Origin: Candidatus Lustribacter sp. | GTDB taxonomy: Bacteria > Vulcanimicrobiota > Vulcanimicrobiia > Vulcanimicrobiales > Vulcanimicrobiaceae | NCBI GenBank assembly: GCA_965277805.1 | Contig: OZ255842.1 | Location: 2,720,001-2,784,000 of the forward strand | Length of the DNA stretch: 64,000 nucleotides | Reading direction: 5' to 3' | Shown: positions 1 through 8,905 of the stretch, piece after piece | Position numbering within the stretch: the first letter of the stretch is position 1 | Layout: every line of letters starts with the position of its first letter | Made by a program: the position numbers and the translations under genes | The notes under the pieces: generated by a model | What the model was told of the DNA's origin: nothing | The model's input: the letters and a program-made list of their open reading frames with translations, nothing else | Databases searched by the model: none

Positions 1-966
1 GTCGGCGGATCAGAGACGGAAATGACGCTGCGCCGTAATCGCGAGGCGATCGAAGGCCTAGCGTTTCGTCCGCGCGTCTTGCGCGACGTGCGCACCGTCG
101 ACACGTCGACGCGGCTGCTCGGCACGAAGCTTCGCATCCCGTACATTCTGGCGCCGGTCGGTTCGCTGCAGACGATCACGCCCGACGGCGCAGCAGCGCA
201 AGTGCGCGGCGCCTGCGCATTCGGCACGTTGCCCGTGATCAGTTCGGTGACGGAGCCCTCGCTGGAACAGTCGGCAGCGGCGGCCGCCGGCGACAAGTGG
301 TTCCAGCTCTACGTGCGTGGCGACGTCGACTGGATTGCCGAGATCCTCAAGCGCGTGAGAACCGCCGGCTACAAAGCGCTCGTGATTACGGTCGACGTTG
401 CGCACTACAGCAATCGCGAACGCCAAAAGCGGCATAGTTTCGTGCCCGACGGGCAGCGCGCCGGGGGCAAGGATTTTCAGGCGGCGCTCGACTGGAAGAT
501 GCTCGATAAGATTCGCGGCCTGGCGAAGATGCCGGTGATCGTAAAAGGCATTCAGACGCACGAAGATGCGCGTATCGCGCTGAAGCGTGGCGTCGACGGC
601 ATCTGGGTGTCCAATCACGGCGGCCGGCAACTGGATCATGCGCGCGGCGGCCTCGACGTTCTCCCTGAAGTCATCGACGTGGTGCGTGGCAAGATTCCGG
701 TGATCGTCGATGGCGCTTTCACGCGCGGCACTGATATTATCAAGGGAATCGCACTTGGCGCCAACGCGGTGGCGGGCGGGAAGATGCATGCCTGGGCGCT
801 CGGCGCCGGCGGCACAACGGCCCTCGAGCGCATGCTCGAGCTGCTGCGGATCGAAGTCGAGACGACGATGGCCCTGCTCGGCATTACCGCGCTGAAGCAG
901 CTCGACAAATCGTACGTCGCCAAAGCCGATGCCAGCATCGGCCGCGGGCCTTTCCCGCTGCTCTAG
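1..966 (+). CDS. FMN-dependent alpha-hydroxy acid oxidase/dehydrogenase (LldD/MdlB family), 5' end cut by window edge
   Basis: Frame open from base 1 (VGGSETEMTLRRNR); motifs FRPRVLRDV, WFQLY, LVITVD, IVKGI and catalytic VSNHGGRQLD. Confidence 0.92.
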   Translation, partial: VGGSETEMTLRRNREAIEGLAFRPRVLRDVRTVDTSTRLLGTKLRIPYILAPVGSLQTITPDGAAAQVRGACAFGTLPVISSVTEPSLEQSAAAAAGDKWFQLYVRGDVDWIAEILKRVRTAGYKALVITVDVAHYSNRERQKRHSFVPDGQRAGGKDFQAALDWKMLDKIRGLAKMPVIVKGIQTHEDARIALKRGVDGIWVSNHGGRQLDHARGGLDVLPEVIDVVRGKIPVIVDGAFTRGTDIIKGIALGANAVAGGKMHAWALGAGGTTALERMLELLRIEVETTMALLGITALKQLDKSYVAKADASIGRGPFPLL

Positions 967-972
967 CTTCGA

Positions 973-1338
973 TTAATCGAAGTCGTCCGGTCGCAGTTCG
1001 ATCGGTGATCCATGCGGCGTGCGATCGGCTGCGTGATCCCACGCATCGTGATAGCGCGTGAGCGCTGCTCGATCCGTTAGCTGCTTTTCCGCAACGATGC
1101 GTTCAAGCGCATTTTGCCAGTAAAGGTAGTAGTTTTCGCCCGTATCCGGATCGCCGGTTTTCTCGGCGATGCGAATCTCATCTGCGAGGACGGCGGCCCA
1201 TTCGGGCCAAGTGAACGCGCCGCGTTCGTAAAGCGCTACGGCCATCGCAAACGATTGGGCTTCCCAGGGCTCGCGAAAGACGGGACCCTCCTCATCTCGA
1301 GGAAGGTCAGGCAGCACGTCCGGCGGTGGTAAACTCAT
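973..1338 (-). CDS. Nitrile hydratase accessory/activator protein (P14K-like)
   Basis: PVFREPWEAQSFAMAVAL...FTWPEWA and YYLYWQNALE; ATGA overlap with the beta subunit. Confidence 0.9.
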   Translation of the reverse strand: MSLPPPDVLPDLPRDEEGPVFREPWEAQSFAMAVALYERGAFTWPEWAAVLADEIRIAEKTGDPDTGENYYLYWQNALERIVAEKQLTDRAALTRYHDAWDHAADRTPHGSPIELRPDDFD

Positions 1339-1988
1339 GCCGGTATCAGGTACGGCTCGAATGCTTCGATCGACACGGTGGTCGACGGATCAGCGTCGTC
1401 ACCCCACAACTCGCGCCCGGAAAAGACGACCGTGTAGAGCCACTGCGGTTGTTCGCCTTGACCGATTGCGACCGAATCGGGATACACGTGGCAGCCGCGC
1501 ACGGCCTCAATCGTACCGCGCTTGTCGCGAGCGTATCGCGGTAACCGCGTATGGGTGATCGGATTGAGATTGCGCGTCTGTACGTGATCACCCGGCTTGA
1601 AACGGGCTGCGGTCAACGGCGGACGCCCGAAGTCGGCGCGCTTCATGGTTGCGACCGCGGCCGGCGTCATGACCCGCGCGACCGCCTTTCCGGGCCGTAG
1701 CGACTTTCCGGCTGCGATTTCGTCGGGACCGATATAACCGCGGTCGATCAGGCGTTTCTCGATCCCGGTAAACCATTTTTTGTAGTACGAGAAACGAAGG
1801 TAATCGACCGGATTCATCGCTTCAATCGACGCGCGGCTTTCGTCGATCACCCACGCCCCGGCATAACCCATGACGCGGTTGATCCCGTAAACACGACCTT
1901 CCCACGCAGCGTGGAACGCGGGCTCGTTCGCTTCTTCGATCACTGGACCGAAGCCGTCCATGCCGCCCAAATCGTGTATCGAATTCAT
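1335..1988 (-). CDS. nthB: Nitrile hydratase beta subunit
   Basis: MNSIHDLGGMDGFGPV, FHAAWEGRV, HTRLPRYAR, ELWG, FEPYL; start moved to ATG 1988, which overlaps the nthA stop (ATGA). Confidence 0.95.
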   Translation of the reverse strand: MNSIHDLGGMDGFGPVIEEANEPAFHAAWEGRVYGINRVMGYAGAWVIDESRASIEAMNPVDYLRFSYYKKWFTGIEKRLIDRGYIGPDEIAAGKSLRPGKAVARVMTPAAVATMKRADFGRPPLTAARFKPGDHVQTRNLNPITHTRLPRYARDKRGTIEAVRGCHVYPDSVAIGQGEQPQWLYTVVFSGRELWGDDADPSTTVSIEAFEPYLIPA

Positions 1989-2614
1989 CGCGCGACCTCG
2001 GCCGGACGCAGCGCAACACCCGTTCCGATCATACTGTTGCGCGTCACGAGCGCGGCAAGTTCGTCTTTGGTCATGCCCTCCGTATCCGTGGGCCGCATCG
2101 GCAACACGATAAAGCGCGTTTCGGCAGTCGAATCCCAAACACGAATCGCAGTTTGCGGCGCGAGCGTTACGCCAAAATCGGCGAGCACACCCCTCGGATC
2201 GCGAACGGCACGCGACCGGTAGGGCGCCGACTTATACCAGGTGGGCGGCAAGCCGAGTACTTCCCACGGATAACACGAACACAGTGTGCAGACGACCATG
2301 TTGTGAATCTCCGGTGTATTCTCGACGGCGATCAAATCGCTGCCGACCGGACTGCGATGTCCCAGGGCGTTGATAGCCTCGGTCGCGTTTTCGAGCAGGT
2401 GCTGCTTGAACGCCGCATCGCTCCATGCGCGAGCGACGATTTCGGCACCGATGCGCGGACCGATTTTCGTCTCGAAGGTTTGAACGATCTCGTCAAGCGC
2501 GGCCGGCTCGACGTAGCCTTTTTCAGTAAGGATCGTCTCGAGCGCTCGAACCCGCAACTGCATCTCGCTGAGCTCGGAGCCGTGATCGTGATCGTGTCCA
2601 TGATGCTCTGGCAT
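1985..2614 (-). CDS. nthA: Nitrile hydratase alpha subunit, cobalt type
   Basis: Metal motif VCTLCSCY (Thr/Tyr = Co-type signature), GLPPTWYKS..YRSR, VWDSTAE; His-rich N-terminus. Confidence 0.96.
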   Translation of the reverse strand: MPEHHGHDHDHGSELSEMQLRVRALETILTEKGYVEPAALDEIVQTFETKIGPRIGAEIVARAWSDAAFKQHLLENATEAINALGHRSPVGSDLIAVENTPEIHNMVVCTLCSCYPWEVLGLPPTWYKSAPYRSRAVRDPRGVLADFGVTLAPQTAIRVWDSTAETRFIVLPMRPTDTEGMTKDELAALVTRNSMIGTGVALRPAEVAR

Positions 2615-2703
2615 AAGTCGGGGATACTTCGACGGATTACACCGTGGGGTCCCGTGTTCAGAGCCCTTGTTGCCGTGCTCCGGATAATGCTAGGATTAAG
2701 GTT

Positions 2704-3618
2704 ATGGCTCACGTCTTACCGTCATTTGCATCCGGCGTGGTTGTAAAGCCGCTTGGCGACGCCGGGGCCGCAGAGGTCAAGGGCTTAGACTGTTCGCGCC
2801 CGCTTGGCCCGGAAGTGCTCGCCGCACTACAGGCGGCATTTCTGGAATACCCGATTCTTGCTATCCGCGATCAGGTTCTCACCCCGAAGCAACAAGCCGC
2901 ATTCTCGCGGCAATTCGGTGTCCTGGAACCACAGGAGCGATCGCAGTACGTCCACGCTGACGATCCCGACGTCCTGATCCTTTCGAATGAAATTGGGCCC
3001 GACGGTAATCCCGTCGGGGTCGTGGATGCCGGCGACTTCTTGCATTCTGATTCTTCGCATATGCCGGAACCGGTCAAGGCAACGACGTTGTATGCGGTTA
3101 AGAACCCGAAGACCGGCGGCGATACCGAATATTGCAACATGTATATGGTTTACGACGCGCTGCCGGATGATCTGCGTAAAGCGATCGCGGGACGCACGGC
3201 CGTTCATCACGTCAGCAAGGCTCGCAATCCGCGCGTGTCGATCTCGAAGGATCGACCGGATGCCAAGGACTTCTACGCAGAGGCTGAGCGCAAGTATCCC
3301 GACGTTCACCAGCCGGTCGTTCGCACTCATCCCGAAACGGGCCGCCAAGCGGTGTACGCGTCGCCCCGGTTCACGCTGGCAATCGATGACATGGATCCCG
3401 ACACATCGGAACGCCTTCTCATCGCCGTTTTCGAAATTATGAAACAGCCGCAGTTCCGTTATCGCCATCTCTGGCATGACAACGATCTCGTGATGTGGGA
3501 CAATCGATGCCTCACGCACCGGGCGACCGGCGGTTATGTGTTACCCGACGTGCGGCGCATGCATCGGACCACGATCTGCGGAGACAAGCCGTTTTATCGC
3601 CCTACGATTGGAGAGTAA
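2704..3618 (+). CDS. TauD/TfdA family Fe(II)/2-oxoglutarate dioxygenase
   Basis: HxD (LHSDSS), GGDTEY, PVVRTHPETGR, WDNRCLTHRA. Confidence 0.92.
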   Translation: MAHVLPSFASGVVVKPLGDAGAAEVKGLDCSRPLGPEVLAALQAAFLEYPILAIRDQVLTPKQQAAFSRQFGVLEPQERSQYVHADDPDVLILSNEIGPDGNPVGVVDAGDFLHSDSSHMPEPVKATTLYAVKNPKTGGDTEYCNMYMVYDALPDDLRKAIAGRTAVHHVSKARNPRVSISKDRPDAKDFYAEAERKYPDVHQPVVRTHPETGRQAVYASPRFTLAIDDMDPDTSERLLIAVFEIMKQPQFRYRHLWHDNDLVMWDNRCLTHRATGGYVLPDVRRMHRTTICGDKPFYRPTIGE

Positions 3619-3619
3619 G

Positions 3620-4585
3620 ATGCGTCGACTGATCCGCGGGTTCGCTTTGTTGGCTACGGTAGTGGCGCTTTCTCTCGGCGCCGCGGATGCGCAAGACCGT
3701 CCCGTCATCTCCGTCATCTTGCCGCCGAGCACCGACGTTGCCCCGCTGCTCTACGCGGATCACGCGGGCCTGTTCACTAAGGCCGGACTGAACGTCCAAA
3801 TCACGCAGTTGCCGAACGGCGCGACGATTGCGGCCGCAATTGCCGGTGGTACCGGGCAGATCGGCTTTTCGAGCCTCTCTGCGCTGATCACGGGACACGC
3901 TCGCGGACTCCCCTTCCAACTCGTCGCGCCTGGCGGCGTTTACTCCGCCGACGATCCCTACGCATATATGCTGGTTCGTAGCGATTCGCCGATTCGTAGC
4001 GGCCGCGATCTGAATGGAAAGACGCTGGGGTCCGCGTCCATCGGAGACCTCGATACGGTATCGGCCTACGCCTGGATGGATCAAACCGGCGGGGATGTGA
4101 AAACGACCCACGTGATCGAGCTCCCGAATCCGATCCTCTCACGGGCGCTTCTCGATGGACGGATCGACGCGTTGTCGATCGGCCAGCCGTGGGTGACCCT
4201 GGCACTCGACAGCGGCAAGGTACGCACGATCGGCAAGTCTTTCTCGGCGATCGCTCCCCGATTTCTGATGAGCGCGTACTTTTCAACCGCAGCCTTCGCC
4301 GCGAGCAACCCCGATGCGCTCGATCGATTTGAGCGCGTGGTAAGCGACGCCAGCGCATACGTGAACGCACATCACGATGTGATCATCTCGCTTCTAGCGT
4401 CGTTCACGAAGCTCGATCCGGCGCTCATCGCGCGAACGATGAAAGGCTCCGACGCTCAGTATCTCGACGCCAAGGACATCCAGCCGATGATCGACGCGAG
4501 CGCGAAATTCGGAATGATCGCGAAGCCGTTCAGGGCCGAGGACATGATGAGCTCCGTCCTCCTGAAGCCGCCGGCCTCACATTAA
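3620..4585 (+). CDS. ABC transporter substrate-binding protein, SsuA/NMT1(THI5)-like
   Basis: Signal peptide; GLFTKAGLNV, DSPIRSGRDLNGKTLG, GRIDA..QPW; starts 1 nt after the TauD stop. Confidence 0.85.
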   Translation: MRRLIRGFALLATVVALSLGAADAQDRPVISVILPPSTDVAPLLYADHAGLFTKAGLNVQITQLPNGATIAAAIAGGTGQIGFSSLSALITGHARGLPFQLVAPGGVYSADDPYAYMLVRSDSPIRSGRDLNGKTLGSASIGDLDTVSAYAWMDQTGGDVKTTHVIELPNPILSRALLDGRIDALSIGQPWVTLALDSGKVRTIGKSFSAIAPRFLMSAYFSTAAFAASNPDALDRFERVVSDASAYVNAHHDVIISLLASFTKLDPALIARTMKGSDAQYLDAKDIQPMIDASAKFGMIAKPFRAEDMMSSVLLKPPASH

Positions 4586-4646
4586 ATCACCTTCGCGCTC
4601 ACTGCTACCGCGGGAGAGCGCTGTTCGCTAATCGAACTGCGCGTGC

Positions 4647-5315
4647 TTGGTGCGCGTTCACGTTGGACCCTTCTATGCATTGTCCGTTGCCGCAGGTTGC
4701 GTCGATGCGATCTCGTTTGTCGGCTTCGGCCAAGTTTTCACCGCCAATATGACGGGCAATATGGTCTTATTGGGCATTGCGGCCGTGACTCGGTTCGGGA
4801 CGCTGCCCGTGACGATCGGCTTCGTCGCTCCGCTGATCGCGATCCTCGCCTTCATGGCGGGCGCGCTTGCGCCGCTGCCGCTCTTTCCGGCCGGTCTCCA
4901 CGCGCGCCGGGCGGGCGCGGTCGTACTGGGGGAAGGCGTGCTCGTCGCGATCGCGGCCATCGCGTATGCGTTCATTCATGCGCCTTTCGTCGTGCCGCTC
5001 TGCATCGCACTCGTAAGTTTTGCGATGGGCGCACAGAGCATGGTGGCGAGCAAAGCGGCGCTGCCGGGCATCTCGACCACCTACGTCACGGGCACGCTGA
5101 TCACGGCTATGACGCGAGGCCTCTCGCACGGCGCCCCCGACGAACACCGCCGCGATGCGGTGCGCAACGTGTGGGTGCTCTTCGCCTACATCGGCGGAGC
5201 CTCGCTCGGGGCGTTGCTGTATATAGCCCTCCACCACAAAGTGCTGCTCCTGCTCGCGGTCGCCTTCGCCGGCATCGCCTTCTGGCTCGATCGGCGGGCA
5301 TTCCACAAAACGTAG
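4647..5315 (+). CDS. YoaK/DUF1275 family membrane protein
   Basis: AGCVDAISF...VFTANMTGN and AMGAQS...STTYVTGTL repeats; multiple TM segments; start uncertain. Confidence 0.85.
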   Translation: MVRVHVGPFYALSVAAGCVDAISFVGFGQVFTANMTGNMVLLGIAAVTRFGTLPVTIGFVAPLIAILAFMAGALAPLPLFPAGLHARRAGAVVLGEGVLVAIAAIAYAFIHAPFVVPLCIALVSFAMGAQSMVASKAALPGISTTYVTGTLITAMTRGLSHGAPDEHRRDAVRNVWVLFAYIGGASLGALLYIALHHKVLLLLAVAFAGIAFWLDRRAFHKT

Positions 5316-5351
5316 CCCAGAACGCTTTTCACGAGCAAGCGAGCATGCTAA

Positions 5352-5600
5352 GGTGCCTTCTTCAACTTCGTCTGCGGCAGCGCGGCGATCACCGTTGCCG
5401 GTTTGCAAAACGCGGTCACGCAGTTCGAGCGCAGCATGATTACGACGGGCAGCTTGTGGGATCAAGGTTACGCTGCACGACGGCCGCTTCTCGACGCTCG
5501 CGCAGGTGGTCGCGTTCTACAACTCCGGCGTACAGGAAGGGCCGAATCTCGATCCGCGCCTTAATCCCAATGGCGTCCCGAGCCGGGCGCTTCACGAGCC
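5352..5600 (+). pseudogene. Internally deleted, frameshifted remnant of a di-heme cytochrome c peroxidase (CcpA/MauG-like)
   Basis: One frame reads FNFVCGSAAITVAGLQNAVTQFERSMITTGSLWDQGYA; a shifted frame from 5476 reads HDGRFSTLAQVVAFYNSGVQEGPNLDPRL; no start codon, no CxxCH. Confidence 0.7.
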
Positions 5601-5637
5601 CGTTCAGGAGCACAACACCCGCAAGCGTCGCGCGCCG

Positions 5638-6567
5638 TTAGGTTCGGCCTATCGCCTTGCGCCCGTTATAGCGCGCCGAGACCTCATCGTAATAGGCGAT
5701 CGCGCCGGGATGCGTTGGTGCACCGGCGTGCGGCGCATGGCGCGGGCTGTAAAAGATGTCCTCGGATACGCCGTGCGTCGGGCTATCGACATCGAGTGCC
5801 TTGGCCAAGCGGTACACCAGATCGTCCGAGAGATCTTGGCGCACGACGATTGAGTAACCGGGATTCGCTACCGTGATGAGCGGCTTGTCTTGACCGCGAA
5901 ACGTCCCGGCCGGCACCTCGACGACGTCGAGGCAATACTCTGCGGCGACTTCGTCGGCGATGTCGCGATCGAGCGTGAGGAACGACAGATCGTAGACCGC
6001 CGACGCCTGGCCGACGGCCATGAAGCGCGTGCCCTCGCGCATCTGCGCGTTCGCGCGCCCATCCATCCACTGAGCCGTCGTTTGGCCCATGACGTTGAAC
6101 ATTTCGCCGCCCCAGGCCGGAATATCGCGATCGATATCGACGCCGTAGCGGCTCAAGTACGCGCGCGTAATTTGACCGGCGATGAAGCCAGGCGATGCGA
6201 CGCACAGGCCGAGCTTCGGCTTGATGCGCGCGATGTCGGCAAATTCGCGCACGCCGGTATCGGCCTTCACGACGTTCCAGAAATAGTGCCCGACGTGAAT
6301 CATGCCCGCGAGTCCGCGCACGCGCAGGTTCTCGCCGCGATACAGCCCGCTCGACTGTCCGGCCATCTGCGCTGCCGACGTGAGACTGACGGACACGTCC
6401 GCCTCGCCGTCCGAGAGCCAGCGCACGGTTTGTAGCCCGTCGCGTCCCTTACGCTCGAAGCTCGTCTCGAAACCGGCGGCTTTGAACGCGGCTTCGGCCC
6501 AGCGCATGACGATCGCCCAATTTTCGCCCATGCCCTCGATCGACCGAAGGCGGATCACTTCGCTCAC
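5638..6567 (-). CDS. TAXI-family TRAP solute-binding protein-like, no evident signal peptide
   Basis: GTG start overlapping the upstream stop (GTGA); VVKADTGVREFADI, VPAGTFRGQDKPL, IVVRQDLSDDLVYRLAKAL, PTHPGAIAYY. Confidence 0.78.
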   Translation of the reverse strand: MSEVIRLRSIEGMGENWAIVMRWAEAAFKAAGFETSFERKGRDGLQTVRWLSDGEADVSVSLTSAAQMAGQSSGLYRGENLRVRGLAGMIHVGHYFWNVVKADTGVREFADIARIKPKLGLCVASPGFIAGQITRAYLSRYGVDIDRDIPAWGGEMFNVMGQTTAQWMDGRANAQMREGTRFMAVGQASAVYDLSFLTLDRDIADEVAAEYCLDVVEVPAGTFRGQDKPLITVANPGYSIVVRQDLSDDLVYRLAKALDVDSPTHGVSEDIFYSPRHAPHAGAPTHPGAIAYYDEVSARYNGRKAIGRT

Positions 6568-7544
6568 GCGGCCGCCTTGATGAGGAACATATCTTCGGCT
6601 TTGAAGCTCGTGGGAATGTATTGCGTTTTTACCGCCGCATCGATCACCGGTTGCAATTGCGCGGGCGTGAACGACGACGGCACCTGCGACTGACCCATTT
6701 TCGCCAACGTTTCCGGCGGCATTTTCGAAAAATCCGCGAGCATCGGAAGCATCTCTTGGTAGTGAACGTTGACGTAGCTGCTGGAGCTCTTCATGACCGC
6801 CGCAAAGGTTGTCGCGGCATCGCGATGCTCGGTCACCCAGGGCGCAATCGAGAACCACGCCGACGCTAAAAAGGCCGGCGCGATGGCATCGAACGGTGTC
6901 GCAATGACGCGCGCGCCCGCTGCTTCGGCCGCGCTCAGGTAGGGCTCGAACGCCATGATGGCGTCGACGCGATGCCCTTGCAACGCCGTCACCGCAACGC
7001 TCGGCAGCGCGGCGAGAAAGTGCACCGAGGCGGGGTCCACCCCTTCGCGCGCGAGCCACGCGGTCATGGACAGACCGAGAATATTCTTCATGACGCCGCC
7101 GACCGTTTTGCCGGCCAAGTCCTTCGCCGACTTAATGGTCGAGTCGCCGGGAACGACGAGCTTGACCGTCGGGGCCACCGACCGGTAAAGTCCGCCGGGC
7201 GAGATGAGCTTGAGCGGAATGCCTTTTTGAAAGGCCTGCACCAGCGTGTATGAGTCGGAGTAGCCGATCTGGACGCTGCCACCCACCTCCGCGGCAAGAA
7301 TGTCGGCCCCGTTCTGCATCGTTTGAAGCTGCAGGTTGAGGCCGGCCTTCGAAAACATGCCTTGACTGCGGCCGTATAGGATGGTTGCCATATCCGGTGA
7401 CGGCAACAGCCCGACCACGACCGGATTGGACGCCGCGGCGGGTGCAGTTTGCGCCAGCGCAGGCCGCGCGAGCGCCAGCGAGGCTGCCGCGCTAATGCAC
7501 GCGCCAACGAACTGTCCCCGTGAGGAAATCTGAATCGGCTTCAC
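6564..7544 (-). CDS. ABC transporter substrate-binding protein, SsuA/NMT1-like
   Basis: Tat-like signal SRGQFVG...ALA; GMFSKAGLNL, DSTIKSAKDLAGKTVG, RVDA..FEPY. Confidence 0.85.
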   Translation of the reverse strand: MKPIQISSRGQFVGACISAAASLALARPALAQTAPAAASNPVVVGLLPSPDMATILYGRSQGMFSKAGLNLQLQTMQNGADILAAEVGGSVQIGYSDSYTLVQAFQKGIPLKLISPGGLYRSVAPTVKLVVPGDSTIKSAKDLAGKTVGGVMKNILGLSMTAWLAREGVDPASVHFLAALPSVAVTALQGHRVDAIMAFEPYLSAAEAAGARVIATPFDAIAPAFLASAWFSIAPWVTEHRDAATTFAAVMKSSSSYVNVHYQEMLPMLADFSKMPPETLAKMGQSQVPSSFTPAQLQPVIDAAVKTQYIPTSFKAEDMFLIKAAA

Positions 7545-7610
7545 GCGCCGTCCTTCTTTGCCGTCTTGGGGCGACCTTGCCCTCGGCGTAAACGCGGCGC
7601 GGGCAGCGAT

Positions 7611-7649
7611 AGCACGAATCGAACAAGAATAGCAAGTTTCCGCACAAGC
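7611..7649 (+). promoter_or_regulatory. Putative AraC-type operator, copy 1
   Basis: AGCAC-N5-GAACAA-N5-GCAAG-N6-CACAAGC upstream of the 7703 gene; same pattern at 9992-10029 on the minus strand. Confidence 0.6.
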
Positions 7650-7702
7650 CGCGTGGTCCGTTATGCCGTAAGGCTCGCGAGCACGTGGGACGGAGGCTTT
7701 GC

Positions 7703-8905
7703 ATGAGCATCAGCACGCAGACGCGGAAATTGGCCGTTCGGTCGTTCGCCGGAATACTTGCCCTCTTGATCGGCGGCGCAGTGCCGGTGCCGGCGGCCGA
7801 TACCTACGTCATTCCGGTCGATCTGCCGCAAACGGGCTCCGGCAGCCTCTTCGGGCAGGGCGAACTCGCCATTCTCCGCCTGCTCGAAAAACGCGTGAAC
7901 GATACCGGCGGTATTCACGGCCAGCCGCTGCACTTCGACTTCCTCGACGATCAGTCGATCCCGCAGAACGCGGTGCAAGTCGTCTCCAACATGCAGGCGG
8001 CAAAACCGGCGGTCATCCTCGGCCCGTCCGTCTCCGCTGCATGCCTCGCCGCCGAGCCGCTCGTCAAAGACGGTCCGGTGTTGTACTGCCTCTCGCCTGC
8101 GGTCTATCCGCCGAATGGGAGCTATATGTTCGGTGCGTACATGACGACCGAAGCCATCGAACGCGCAACCGTCCGGTACATTCACGACATGGGCTGGCGG
8201 CGCATCGGCATGCTGGCGACCACCGACACGAGCGGTCAGGTCGGCGTGCGCGGTTATCAGCGCGCGATCAACGGGCACGAGAAAGGCTACGCGACGATCG
8301 TTGCGCTCGAGCGCTTTAACCCGGACGACGTCAGCGTTGCAGCGCAAGTTGCCAAGATCAAGGCGGCCAACCCACAGGTCATCATCGCATTTGCGGCCGG
8401 AGCTCCGTTCGGAACGATTCTCCGCGCTCTGCGCGACGCCGGCATGGACCTCCCGGTCGATACGAGCTCGGCGAATACGACGCCGACCGCACTCGCACGC
8501 TACGCGCAGATCTTGCCGACGACGCTGATCGTCAACGGGTCGCTCTACGACGGCCGCAAATTGCTTCCGCCGGGACCCTTGAAGGACGCGTGCGATGAGT
8601 TGGAGACCGTTCTGCGCGTCGGCAACGGCGGCACGCCGGGCGCAACCGAACTCCTCACGTGGGACGCCGGGCGGCTCGTCGTCAGCGCGTTGCGTGCGCT
8701 ACCCGCCGGCGCAACGGCCGCGCAACTCCGCGACTACATCTCGCAATTGCACGGCTTCGCCGGCGTGAACGGGATCTACGACTTCCGGACCGGCGACCAG
8801 CACGGACTCACCGATTCCTCGGTTATCGTGTCGCGCTGGGATCCGCAGCAAAAACTCATGGTGGCCGTCAGCCAACCGGGCGGAGCCCCGCTGCCGTCGC
8901 GCTGA
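7703..8905 (+). CDS. ABC transporter substrate-binding protein, LivJ/Peripla_BP_6 family
   Basis: GGAGG RBS; signal peptide; LPQTGSGS, VNDTGGIHGQPL..LDDQS, FAGVNGIYDF. Confidence 0.85.
   Translation: MSISTQTRKLAVRSFAGILALLIGGAVPVPAADTYVIPVDLPQTGSGSLFGQGELAILRLLEKRVNDTGGIHGQPLHFDFLDDQSIPQNAVQVVSNMQAAKPAVILGPSVSAACLAAEPLVKDGPVLYCLSPAVYPPNGSYMFGAYMTTEAIERATVRYIHDMGWRRIGMLATTDTSGQVGVRGYQRAINGHEKGYATIVALERFNPDDVSVAAQVAKIKAANPQVIIAFAAGAPFGTILRALRDAGMDLPVDTSSANTTPTALARYAQILPTTLIVNGSLYDGRKLLPPGPLKDACDELETVLRVGNGGTPGATELLTWDAGRLVVSALRALPAGATAAQLRDYISQLHGFAGVNGIYDFRTGDQHGLTDSSVIVSRWDPQQKLMVAVSQPGGAPLPSR

Noticed and set aside
5506-5853. 115-aa ORF as an intact gene
   Set aside because: Its first part is the peroxidase remnant, and the rest runs antisense into the TAXI-like gene.
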